Source of the DNA: an uncultured Gammaproteobacteria bacterium
Lineage (GTDB): Bacteria; Pseudomonadota; Gammaproteobacteria; DRJJ01
Length of the DNA stretch: 64,000 nucleotides
Assembly (NCBI GenBank): GCA_947258795.1
Contig: CAMYJU010000007.1
Location: 129,392 to 193,391, forward strand
Direction: 5' to 3'
Shown piece by piece: positions 49,177 through 57,749 of this stretch. A model generated the notes under the pieces. That model searched no databases. It was not told the DNA's origin and saw nothing but the letters and a program-made list of their open reading frames with translations. The translations under genes and the position numbers were made by a program. The stretch's first letter is position 1. Each line of letters opens with the position of its first letter.

Positions 49177-50910
49177 TTACATGCCACCGCCACCGCCACC
49201 GCCACCGCCACCGCCACCCATGCACATGCCGCCACCAGGCATACCACCACCACCTCCCCCATAGGTACAGGGGTCATGGTTTCTGCCATGGCAGGTCAGG
49301 TAGCAGCCACCGGCCTCGGTGCCGGGGCCATCACTGAAAAACTCCAGTCGGCCAGAGCCGCTCTGTGACACCACATCCGTATCAAAGTTGATCAATCGGG
49401 GCTGCTGGCTGCCATGAGGGTCATGACAGACATTACAGGGCGTACTTAGGGTGCCACCGCCCATATGCTGTCCAGCACCGGTAATATGGCGGTTGTGCAG
49501 CGGGAAAGTCTGGTTGCCAAGAATGCTGGTGCGATTGTGACACTTGTAACACAAGGCATACGCAGAGGCGCTCTCCGTGGTCGGGTCCTGGGTCAGGAAC
49601 TGGCGCTCCAGGATTTGCGGGTAGGCGGAGCCATGTGGTCCATTCGGGCCGCCAGTATTGTTGTTGTTATGGCAGTCCGTGCATTCGATGATACTGCCGG
49701 ACGGGAACGGCATCCCGGTCAGGCTGGGTGTATTGGTATCAGCCGCGGTACCGACCACCGGATGGTAGGACGGGTTGCTGGTACTGAACTCGTTGCGCAC
49801 ATTGGTTGTGTTGAACTGCCTGGTCGTCGGTGGTGCCGGTTTATTGGTGCTATCGGCATGACAGCGATAGCAAAGTTCGTATTGCAGATTGATCGTGGTG
49901 ACCTCATTGCCGGCGTTGTTCACACCTCGCACCAGTGACAGCGGCCCGGACGGGGTGCCGCTTGCGCTGGCCGCATGTGGATTATGACAGTCGACACATT
50001 CCACATGACGGTTGCTGACGATAGCCGCTTCGGTCGGATCATGTATACCGGTGGTATTCATGATTGGATGACGTGAGAACTTGTTGAACTCGTTCTGGAT
50101 GTTCTGTGACGCGACCGAGCCGTCATGGCAGGTGTAGCAGACATTTTCTTCCGTTGCGCTGCGTAACAGACGCTGTTTGCCATTGGCCGAGTGGGGTAGG
50201 TGGCAGCTCTGACAGGCGTGATTGGCAACACTGTCACCGTTCCAGTTCTGGCTGGAGGTGCTATGTGAGCTGGCCGACCAGCCTTGCTTGATATGGCAGG
50301 TCAGGCACAGGGCCCCGGCGGTATTGGACTTGACCAGGAACATACCGAACTTGTCTTCGTGGGCATTGTGACAACTGGTACATTGTAATTGACCGCTGTT
50401 ATCCAGCTTGACGTCAGGGCCCAGGCTGCCCGCCGGGACCAGCTCGGTCGGTTTGGCGCCCTGGCTGTTGGAGTAGTCGAATGACACTGGGTGATCGTCG
50501 GACAGGTCCTTGCTCAGGTTGGCCGGACCGGCCGGCATGGTCGGACCACCGCTAACATTGACATCGGTGACACGCGAATTCAGCTCACCGAGTGCGATGG
50601 TGCCGTCATGACAGCTCAGGCACAGGATCGACGCGCCGGTCGGGTTGCCCGGTGTGGTCGCGATACTGGAGCTGGTATAAGGTGTGTAGGTGCCGCCCGG
50701 ATCACGCCGGTTCCATAATGGGCCCGATGGGGACGAGTTATGCGGCGTATGGCAGAACAGGCATATCTCGGATTCGCTGGTGGCCTTGATACTACCGGGG
50801 CCGCTGACAGACAGGTTATGCTTGGTGTTGGCGATCTGACCCGTCACCGTGCCCCAGTAAAGGCCGCTCAGGACCAGTAACAGCAATGTTGTATTTTTGA
50901 TATTTCTCAT
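49177..50910 (-). CDS. Undecaheme cytochrome c (11 CxxCH + CX3CH) with OmcE-like N-terminal domain and Gly-rich tail
   Basis: Motifs counted; NTKHNLS...ICLFCHTPHN...PLWNR...CLSCHDG...DLSDDHPV; signal peptide. Confidence 0.92.
   Translation of the reverse strand: MRNIKNTTLLLLVLSGLYWGTVTGQIANTKHNLSVSGPGSIKATSESEICLFCHTPHNSSPSGPLWNRRDPGGTYTPYTSSSIATTPGNPTGASILCLSCHDGTIALGELNSRVTDVNVSGGPTMPAGPANLSKDLSDDHPVSFDYSNSQGAKPTELVPAGSLGPDVKLDNSGQLQCTSCHNAHEDKFGMFLVKSNTAGALCLTCHIKQGWSASSHSTSSQNWNGDSVANHACQSCHLPHSANGKQRLLRSATEENVCYTCHDGSVASQNIQNEFNKFSRHPIMNTTGIHDPTEAAIVSNRHVECVDCHNPHAASASGTPSGPLSLVRGVNNAGNEVTTINLQYELCYRCHADSTNKPAPPTTRQFNTTNVRNEFSTSNPSYHPVVGTAADTNTPSLTGMPFPSGSIIECTDCHNNNNTGGPNGPHGSAYPQILERQFLTQDPTTESASAYALCYKCHNRTSILGNQTFPLHNRHITGAGQHMGGGTLSTPCNVCHDPHGSQQPRLINFDTDVVSQSGSGRLEFFSDGPGTEAGGCYLTCHGRNHDPCTYGGGGGGMPGGGMCMGGGGGGGGGGGGM
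49183..49218 (+). repeat. (GCCACC)6 hexanucleotide tandem repeat encoding poly-Gly on the minus strand
   Basis: Six exact copies read directly. Confidence 0.95.
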
Positions 50911-51959
50911 GGCTGATCACCAATATACCGAAATACCTGAATTCGACTATTGTGCGAATCAGCGATATAGATCATATTATCATGGCTGATATAGATTCCG
51001 GTAGGTAACAGGAACTCACCGGCAGCCTCTCCGCGATGACCGACACTCAACAGGAATTCTCCTGATTTATCAAAAACCTGAAAGCTGTGAAACAAGGCGT
51101 CGACGACATAAATATGACCATTTTTATCTGTGGCGACACCCTTGGGCCGGGACATATCGCCCGTTCCATCCCCATGTCGCCCGAATTTTCTTATAAAACG
51201 TCCTTCCAGATCGAAGGTCTGTACCCGGAAGTTCAGTGCATCACTGACCAGTAACTGATCATTGCGGTCTAGCCAGATCATACTCGGGAAGTTAAATTCA
51301 CCATTCCCGATGCCGCGTCGACCGATGGTGTTGACCAGTGTCCCGTCGAGATCATATACCTTTATATGATGACGACCAGCATCGACCACATACAGGCGCC
51401 GGCTTTTCTGGTCTACGAATAAGTTTGTCGGCTGATCCGGGGTAATCTTGAGGTCCAGTTTCTCAGCGGTATCGCTTCCGGGTTTGATGACATAGATACG
51501 GGCCTGTGCAGAATCCGTGATGTAGACCTCTCCCTGGGCGCCCAGGGCCAGTCCGGTCGGAGAAGGGATGGCCTGTTCGTCCTGGGTCAGGATCACCTTA
51601 TGCCTGCCATTTTTGGTGTCAAAGCGGTGTACGGCCTTGCTGCCCGGATCGGCAACAAAAATTTTACCCTCTTCGGTAGACAACACGGCCATCGGGCGTA
51701 CCAGCTGCCAGTCGGCCGCGCCGGTAAAAAAGTCCATGATCTGTTCGAAGAAGCCCTTGCTGATACCGAGATCACGCGGTGAGGTGAATGACCTGACATA
51801 GGCTATGCGCGCTTTAGCGGGTGACTCTGGCCAGACCCTGTCGATTTTAGCTGTAGCCTGCTCTGCTTTCCTGTCTGTTGTCGTGGTACATCCGGGCAAA
51901 ACCGTTGTGAGAATCAGCAGGTATGCTGTCAAACCGGGTTTTACTTGCCATGACATCAT
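50907..51959 (-). CDS. NHL-repeat lipoprotein
   Basis: Lipobox LPGC; VWPESPAKARI; NHL repeats. Confidence 0.9.
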   Translation of the reverse strand: MMSWQVKPGLTAYLLILTTVLPGCTTTTDRKAEQATAKIDRVWPESPAKARIAYVRSFTSPRDLGISKGFFEQIMDFFTGAADWQLVRPMAVLSTEEGKIFVADPGSKAVHRFDTKNGRHKVILTQDEQAIPSPTGLALGAQGEVYITDSAQARIYVIKPGSDTAEKLDLKITPDQPTNLFVDQKSRRLYVVDAGRHHIKVYDLDGTLVNTIGRRGIGNGEFNFPSMIWLDRNDQLLVSDALNFRVQTFDLEGRFIRKFGRHGDGTGDMSRPKGVATDKNGHIYVVDALFHSFQVFDKSGEFLLSVGHRGEAAGEFLLPTGIYISHDNMIYIADSHNSRIQVFRYIGDQP

Positions 51960-51961
51960 TT

Positions 51962-54064
51962 TCAGAAATCCCGCCTGATGGTTGCCAGGAACTGGGTGCG
52001 CTCGGTTTCGGCAGGACCGGTTTGCTCCTTGCGCAGGATGGCCTGTGCATCCACACGTAACCGATAGAGCTGCCACTGTGCCGAGAGTCTGAACGTATCG
52101 CGTTTACGGAACTGGGTACCACCCACATCCTCTTCGGTATAGGCCTCTGCGCTGACGATCATACGGTTGATCGGGCGCGAACGCAGGATCACGCTGTAGC
52201 CGGTCAGATCGATGTCTTCATCGGTATTATCGTTGTCGACAGTCAACCTGTTGGCTGAAACCCTGAGCGTGGACGCGAGTGGTAACAGAAACTGGCTGTA
52301 GGCATCATAACGCTGGCTGCTAAAAGAGGAAATGTCCTCGTCCTGTTGGGTAATGTCGACACTGGCACCGACCTCGAGCCAGTCATTGACCGGATAATCG
52401 ACGCTGGCGCCATAGGACAGCCCACGTTGATTATTCAGCGGCGTTGTTGGGGCACCGGAAGTGACTTCCTGATCAGCCAGGCGGTATTGCACATAGAAGT
52501 TATAGTAGCGGAAATATTCCAGTGCGGCACGATAGGTCTGGTCCAGGTTGGTATAGCCCGCGCTGCCACCCGTTTTGTAAGAATAATTAACGCGTACGGT
52601 TTCGGGATCACCGATGTTACTGCCGCCCAGACGCTGGATTTCAGTGCGGGCGCCGACCACGATAACCCGGTAGTCCGTGTTTTCTACATAGGTCTGGGTC
52701 TGGGCAAGGTTCTCAACCTCAATAGTGGTAATATCGATAAAATCATTTGCCAACGCAACCGGTGTCAGGCCGGTCAGAGTGACACGTTCACCAATAACTC
52801 TGGCCAGGGTATCGTCCGCTTCTGATTCGCGGTCGATTTGCTGATAGCCTGCTACCGCTGTCAGGGTCAGTTTGCCATTCGGTACCGGGCGTTTGTGCTG
52901 CACCCGGCCATCAATACCATACAGACGGTTGGTCACCCCGGTGGTCTGATTGTCTTCTGCCGTGACACCGGCATTGAATTCGGTCTGGTCGCTGTAGAGA
53001 TAATCCAGGTTTGCGCTGGCGTTGTGATTGGTTGTGTCAACATCGTTGATGCTACTGTCCAGGAAACCATAACGGTACGATGAATGCAGTTTGTCAGAGT
53101 ACCTCCACAGCAGCGTGGGATAAAAATTGATTTCCTCACGCATCAGCACCCCTTCTTCCTGCGTATAGGTGGCGCGATCGAAATATCTGAACTGGTCTGC
53201 TTGACCAAAAACCCAGTCTGAATTGTAGGTCACCACATCGGTGGTGCGTGAGGTCGGCGTAATACCCCCCGGCACTAGCAGGCTGCCGGTACTGGAGTCC
53301 TCTTCGGTATGGTCATAACCGAGTGAATGCGAATAGTTTCCATCGTAGGATTTGCTTGCGCGTATACCGAAGCGGTCGATGGTTTCATCGACGACCTGGG
53401 TCAGGCTATCGCCTGTGCGCTCGTTATGCGAAGCAAACATGTTGACCTTTAGCGGGATCAGTGGCTCCAGTAAGGCGAAATCAAACCCGTAAAGTGTATT
53501 GGTTTGTTGCACACGCTCGGCCCTGCCCGGAAAAGAGGCCGGGTTGTCACGATTATAGTACAGCGCCAGCGGATAGGGTTTTTTCTCCAGAAAACTGGCG
53601 CGGGCATACAGACTGTAAAGACCGTCTTCTCCATCAGATTCGCCGCTGGCTGTTTCAAAGCTATCCTGTACAAAGGTAAACCCGGCACCCAGATCCAGTT
53701 TCAGCAAATTCGGATGGTAGACATAATTGTGTGTCAGGAACGAGAGTTCCTGTTCGGTAGTGGTTTGCTGCTGGCTAAGGGTTTCGACACCGGCGTTCGT
53801 ATCCATGCGTTCATCAAACAGGTAACGCAACTCAAGATAACTTTCGATACCGGTATTGCGAAATACATTGATATCTTCCGCGTAAGCACTGGTATAACTG
53901 ATGATAGTTGCAATCAGGCATGTGCCCAGACGCGCCAGGTGATGATTCAGGCCGAAAATCCTGCTTAATCGTGTCCCTGACGCATCAGTCAAGATGCGTG
54001 AAAAATGTCTCCCTGACCACGACGTAGAATATCCTTTCTTTTGAATGCTTATTGTTGTTTGCAT
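51962..54064 (-). CDS. Putative outer-membrane beta-barrel protein
   Basis: Amphipathic beta-strand pattern, Tyr/Thr/Asp-rich, C-terminal Phe (ATIRRDF), signal peptide ending SAYA, N-terminal YVYHPNLL motif; start uncertain. Confidence 0.75.
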   Translation of the reverse strand: MQTTISIQKKGYSTSWSGRHFSRILTDASGTRLSRIFGLNHHLARLGTCLIATIISYTSAYAEDINVFRNTGIESYLELRYLFDERMDTNAGVETLSQQQTTTEQELSFLTHNYVYHPNLLKLDLGAGFTFVQDSFETASGESDGEDGLYSLYARASFLEKKPYPLALYYNRDNPASFPGRAERVQQTNTLYGFDFALLEPLIPLKVNMFASHNERTGDSLTQVVDETIDRFGIRASKSYDGNYSHSLGYDHTEEDSSTGSLLVPGGITPTSRTTDVVTYNSDWVFGQADQFRYFDRATYTQEEGVLMREEINFYPTLLWRYSDKLHSSYRYGFLDSSINDVDTTNHNASANLDYLYSDQTEFNAGVTAEDNQTTGVTNRLYGIDGRVQHKRPVPNGKLTLTAVAGYQQIDRESEADDTLARVIGERVTLTGLTPVALANDFIDITTIEVENLAQTQTYVENTDYRVIVVGARTEIQRLGGSNIGDPETVRVNYSYKTGGSAGYTNLDQTYRAALEYFRYYNFYVQYRLADQEVTSGAPTTPLNNQRGLSYGASVDYPVNDWLEVGASVDITQQDEDISSFSSQRYDAYSQFLLPLASTLRVSANRLTVDNDNTDEDIDLTGYSVILRSRPINRMIVSAEAYTEEDVGGTQFRKRDTFRLSAQWQLYRLRVDAQAILRKEQTGPAETERTQFLATIRRDF

Positions 54065-54128
54065 CTGATCTGCTGGCTTGATCGCTACCCGTCCCGTAAG
54101 ACCGACGAGGGACAAGACGTGTCATTGG

Positions 54129-55244
54129 TTAAGGCTTGCCTGTTGCAATATCATCAACATATTCCATGTCTTTCATTTTGCCGAAGCCATAGACATTGAC
54201 CTTGTTGAGACCAAACTGGCTGGTAACCAGAATAAGGTATTCCAGCTTGAAATCAGGGTGTGCGAACTGCTGGAAGTGCTGGACATTGTCATAGTCGATT
54301 TCGACATCGGTAGGCAGGTTAATATCACCCTGTTTGGAACCAGGACGACCGAAATACAACAACAGTTTGCCTTCAGGACCCATGATTTGGACATTTTCGA
54401 ATGCAGCGTCCACTACATATAGTCGACCCTCCCGATCCAGCGCGATTCCCTTTGGGCGGGCAAATTTACCCAGACCGGTGCCGAGAGAGCCATAGGTACT
54501 CACATAACGGCCATCCTGGGTAAACTTCTGCACACGGAAGTTGCTGGTATCACTGACGTACAGGTGATTATCCGGTCCAATCTTGATATTGGTCGGATGA
54601 AATATTTCACCGTCCTTGCTGCCACCGCGGGAAACCTTGTATAGCAGCACACCGCTGTTCTTGTCGAGTACTTCTATTTCGTGATCCTGTATATCAACCA
54701 CGAACAACTTGTCACCGGAGATTGCGCTATCAACAGGCTTGAACTGCTTTTCGACACCATAGGCGCGTACAAACTTGTCATTGCTGTCAAACTTCAACAC
54801 CTTGTTACGCAGGGAGTCAGTGATGTATTTACTGCCGTCAGCATCAATGGTGATATTGATGGGCTTGGCCATACGTCCGCCACCTGTACCGGTGACCGTC
54901 TTGAAATTGTTATTGATCACATCCATCACGGCATAACCACCACCACGTGTGTCAACGACATGAATCTTGCCATCACGTATTTGTACGCCATAAGGTTTGA
55001 TCAATGGAATGGCATCCTTGTCCTTGTCTTTGCCCAACACAAAGGTAGCAAACTCGGAATCGGGCTTGCTAATGTCCCTGGATGATGAATAGGTCTTCAG
55101 AAACTGGATGCGGGGGGCATCCGGCAAGCTGGGGTAAAACAGGCGGCCGTCATCATCAACCTCCTTTTTCGGGGCGGTTTCACAACCAGTCATCGATAAT
55201 GCAACCACAATACAGGCCAACAAGAGGGTTCTTGTTGAGGTCAT
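54129..55244 (-). CDS. NHL-repeat lipoprotein
   Basis: Lipobox MTGC; FYPSLPDAPRIQFL; NHL repeats (GKFARPKGIA). Confidence 0.9.
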   Translation of the reverse strand: MTSTRTLLLACIVVALSMTGCETAPKKEVDDDGRLFYPSLPDAPRIQFLKTYSSSRDISKPDSEFATFVLGKDKDKDAIPLIKPYGVQIRDGKIHVVDTRGGGYAVMDVINNNFKTVTGTGGGRMAKPINITIDADGSKYITDSLRNKVLKFDSNDKFVRAYGVEKQFKPVDSAISGDKLFVVDIQDHEIEVLDKNSGVLLYKVSRGGSKDGEIFHPTNIKIGPDNHLYVSDTSNFRVQKFTQDGRYVSTYGSLGTGLGKFARPKGIALDREGRLYVVDAAFENVQIMGPEGKLLLYFGRPGSKQGDINLPTDVEIDYDNVQHFQQFAHPDFKLEYLILVTSQFGLNKVNVYGFGKMKDMEYVDDIATGKP

Positions 55245-55350
55245 TATGTCAATAATTTTTTTCCGGATCATGCCAATATTCCACCAATGTGCCAGCCACA
55301 AATATATCATGACTCGGTTTGAATACAGAGAGTCGAACGTATAGCAGACA

Positions 55351-55387
55351 AACAAAAACCCCGTCACCCAGGTATCAGGTGACGGGG
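55351..55387 (-). terminator. Intrinsic terminator between the tetraheme gene and the rest of the operon
   Basis: Minus strand CCCCGTCACC-N9-GGTGACGGGG-TTTTTGTT. Confidence 0.8.
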
Positions 55388-55428
55388 TGTTTTGTTACAA
55401 TATTTCCTGCCTTGCTAGTAAGACGTGC

Positions 55429-56121
55429 CTACTTGTTATGGCAGGTCAGGCACAATGCACTGGCGGCATCAGTGATACGCAGCAGCGGTGTGCCGGGAAT
55501 GGCATACTTGTTGTGTACGTCGTGGCATGAAGCACACTGTACCTTGTTTGCAAGCAGCATGACATCATCAATGGTGCCTGTTTTGGAATCGCCGCCCTGA
55601 CCAATAGTGACTGAGCCAACAGTCGGGTCAAACAGACTGGTGTCGGTTCCGGCCAGTGCAGCATCATAGGTGATAGAGATCGGATGGTCGTTACTCAGAT
55701 CACCGGTCGTGCCACCAGGTGTGCCTTCACCAATGTTTGCGGTACCGCTTATGTAGGTGCTACCGATTACACCACCGAAGCTGTCCAGTGCAACGGTACC
55801 GTCATGGCAGGACAGACACAGTTTGGACGAACCGTCTGGCTGTCCAACGGTGGCATCCAGTGACGGGCTGCTATACAGCGTATAGGTCGCTGCGGTCAGT
55901 GCATGGTTCCATAACGGAGCATCTGTAGTTGTGGTGTCCGCGTTATGCGGAGTGTGGCAAGCAATACAGATTTCACCGCCGGACCAGGTTGATGTTGAAA
56001 AATCATGATCAGTACCAACGATGGTACCTGCCCACGCCAGACTGCCTGTCAAGCTGAATACAACACTGCAGCAGCCAGCTAACAGTATCCGGCTCAAGCT
56101 TGTTCTTTTTTGTGTACCCAT
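55429..56121 (-). CDS. OmcE-like secreted tetraheme cytochrome c
   Basis: HDFS...ICIACHTPHNA...PLWN...YTLYSS...CLSCHDG...DLSNDHPI...QCASCHDVH...LLR...S.LCLTCHNK. Motif order and size match Geobacter OmcE as recalled. Confidence 0.85.
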   Translation of the reverse strand: MGTQKRTSLSRILLAGCCSVVFSLTGSLAWAGTIVGTDHDFSTSTWSGGEICIACHTPHNADTTTTDAPLWNHALTAATYTLYSSPSLDATVGQPDGSSKLCLSCHDGTVALDSFGGVIGSTYISGTANIGEGTPGGTTGDLSNDHPISITYDAALAGTDTSLFDPTVGSVTIGQGGDSKTGTIDDVMLLANKVQCASCHDVHNKYAIPGTPLLRITDAASALCLTCHNK

Positions 56122-56187
56122 TTGTTTTACTCCCACAGTTACAATATTTACTAAGCTTAGTTTGATTTGTGTCCTACTTTACTATTA

Positions 56188-56204
56188 AGCAAGTTCAATA
56201 CCAG
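56188..56204 (-). promoter_or_regulatory. Sigma54 -24/-12 promoter
   Basis: Minus strand CTGGTATTGAACTTGCT (GG-N10-GC), about 65 nt before the tetraheme start. Confidence 0.75.
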
Positions 56205-56266
56205 CTTTAAAATATATTTAAAAAACAGCGCCTTAATTTAATATCATTATAAAAAGTAAATAAATT

Positions 56267-56283
56267 TGTAAAAAATATCGACA
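56267..56283. promoter_or_regulatory. Candidate enhancer-binding-protein site 1 (TGT-N11-ACA)
   Basis: TGTAAAAAATATCGACA; 16/17 identical to site 2. Confidence 0.6.
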
Positions 56284-56354
56284 TTTTTTGTATGTCTTTA
56301 GCCGAAAACAATCATCCTTTGATTGCAGACTATACCCTATAACAAAATAGTCTA

Positions 56355-56368
56355 ATGATCTAGATCAA
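56355..56368. promoter_or_regulatory. FNR box
   Basis: ATGAT-CTAG-ATCAA (9/10). Confidence 0.6.
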
Positions 56369-56500
56369 ATCTATAGTAATTTATAAGCATAAACGCATAT
56401 ATTTGCGTGTCAGCTCACACCAATATTAGTCAAATTATTCGTTTCAAAGTATAGAACAGTTAACACTACGGATATATGACAATTAAAGTATTAATATAGG

Positions 56501-56517
56501 TGTAAAATATATCGACA
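56501..56517. promoter_or_regulatory. Candidate enhancer-binding-protein site 2 (TGT-N11-ACA)
   Basis: TGTAAAATATATCGACA. Confidence 0.6.
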
Positions 56518-56585
56518 GTTGTTTGGCTTATTTGCGGCGGTTTACCTATATTGCACCCTCTGACGGGATGTGTGAAAGTCAAAAA

Positions 56586-56996
56586 ATGAAAGTACTGGTT
56601 GTTTTGTTATCCGTAGTAGCGCTGCTGGTCAGCCTGCCTTTGTTACATGCCTGGGTTGCCTTTTTGAGTATTGATGGTTTGTCGCAGGACCCGACTATCA
56701 AATCCTTTTTTTACCTGTTTACAATCCCAGCCTGGGCGCTGGCGATTATGGTGTTTGCGGTCGAGACCTACCGCAGGGGCTTCATACCGAGCACCAGCAG
56801 GGTCAGCAATACCCTGATGTTGGGACTGTTGGGTATGTTCGCTCCGGCTATCGGGCTGGCCCTGAGTCCGGTCGCGGGCAATCTCGGTTTGATGGCATTC
56901 GTGATGATTGCACTATGCGGTTTTTTCGTCGGTCTGTTGGGTGCGGTGTTGTTTAACAGTACGACCGCTCTGCTGGGAAGATCAGGTGGTACCTGA
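56586..56996 (+). CDS. Four-TM hypothetical membrane protein
   Basis: Four hydrophobic segments. Confidence 0.65.
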   Translation: MKVLVVLLSVVALLVSLPLLHAWVAFLSIDGLSQDPTIKSFFYLFTIPAWALAIMVFAVETYRRGFIPSTSRVSNTLMLGLLGMFAPAIGLALSPVAGNLGLMAFVMIALCGFFVGLLGAVLFNSTTALLGRSGGT

Positions 56997-57044
56997 TAAA
57001 GATTCTACTCCCATAGTCGCAATGGGTATATCGGAATCTGTGCT

Positions 57045-57448
57045 ATGGCCATGAGAATGCATGTGGATATTGTCAGTACCGAGGGTTCAATCTTCTCGGG
57101 CAGGCCGTACAGTTGTTTGCCAATGCGGAAATGGGAGAACTGGGTATATGGCCACGCCATGCGCCCTTGATTTCCAGACTCAAACCGGGGCTTTTGCGAC
57201 TCGTAATCAATCAGGAAACCGAGCAGCATTTTTTTATTCCTTCCGGTGTTATCGAAGTGCAACCGCATATCGTCACGGTGTTGGCCGATACGGTCATGCG
57301 TAGCGCGGAGCTGGATGAGGCGGCAGCCAGGGCCGCACAGGTTGTTGAAAAGAAGCGTAAGGGTGTGGATTACACAGACGCCGAGTTACGACTAAGCCTG
57401 GCACTGTTGCGGGCCATGGAACATCTACGTAAATCCAGCAAGCGCTAA
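57045..57448 (+). pseudogene. atpC: Orphan ATP synthase epsilon subunit, frameshifted
   Basis: MAMRMHVDIVSTEGSIFSG in one frame continues as QAVQLFANAEMGELGIWPRHAPLIS...EVQPHIVTVLADT in another; one base is missing near 57100. Confidence 0.8.
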
Positions 57449-57749
57449 ACTAATATATATTAAATATATTCAGTCATAGCGGTCTTTACTCTCAACTTCC
57501 TGACGTTTGATCTCTTTATCATCGTGTATATGACTACTTGAATTGACATTATAATGTTATGGAATATTTCTCCTTAACATTGTTCGCCTGCACCCAGATA
57601 GTGCGCAGCAGTCCCATATGCTCCATATTAGTTCCATCTCGATGCGAATTGGCCCATATATTCGGCCATTTGCTGATGGCATAGTATTTGCTGAATATAA
57701 ATACAACATGGTTGCTTAATTTGCTCAGATTTATCGGGGTAATCAGCTT

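Noticed and set aside
49065..49368. ORFs with (AT)n or (VA)n peptide repeats
   Set aside because: They are alternative-frame readings of the GCCACC repeat that encodes the undecaheme Gly tail.
49177..54064. MtrAB/MtoAB assignment
   Set aside because: The cytochrome has 11-12 hemes with OmcE-like rather than MtrA-like spacing, and the operon includes NHL proteins.
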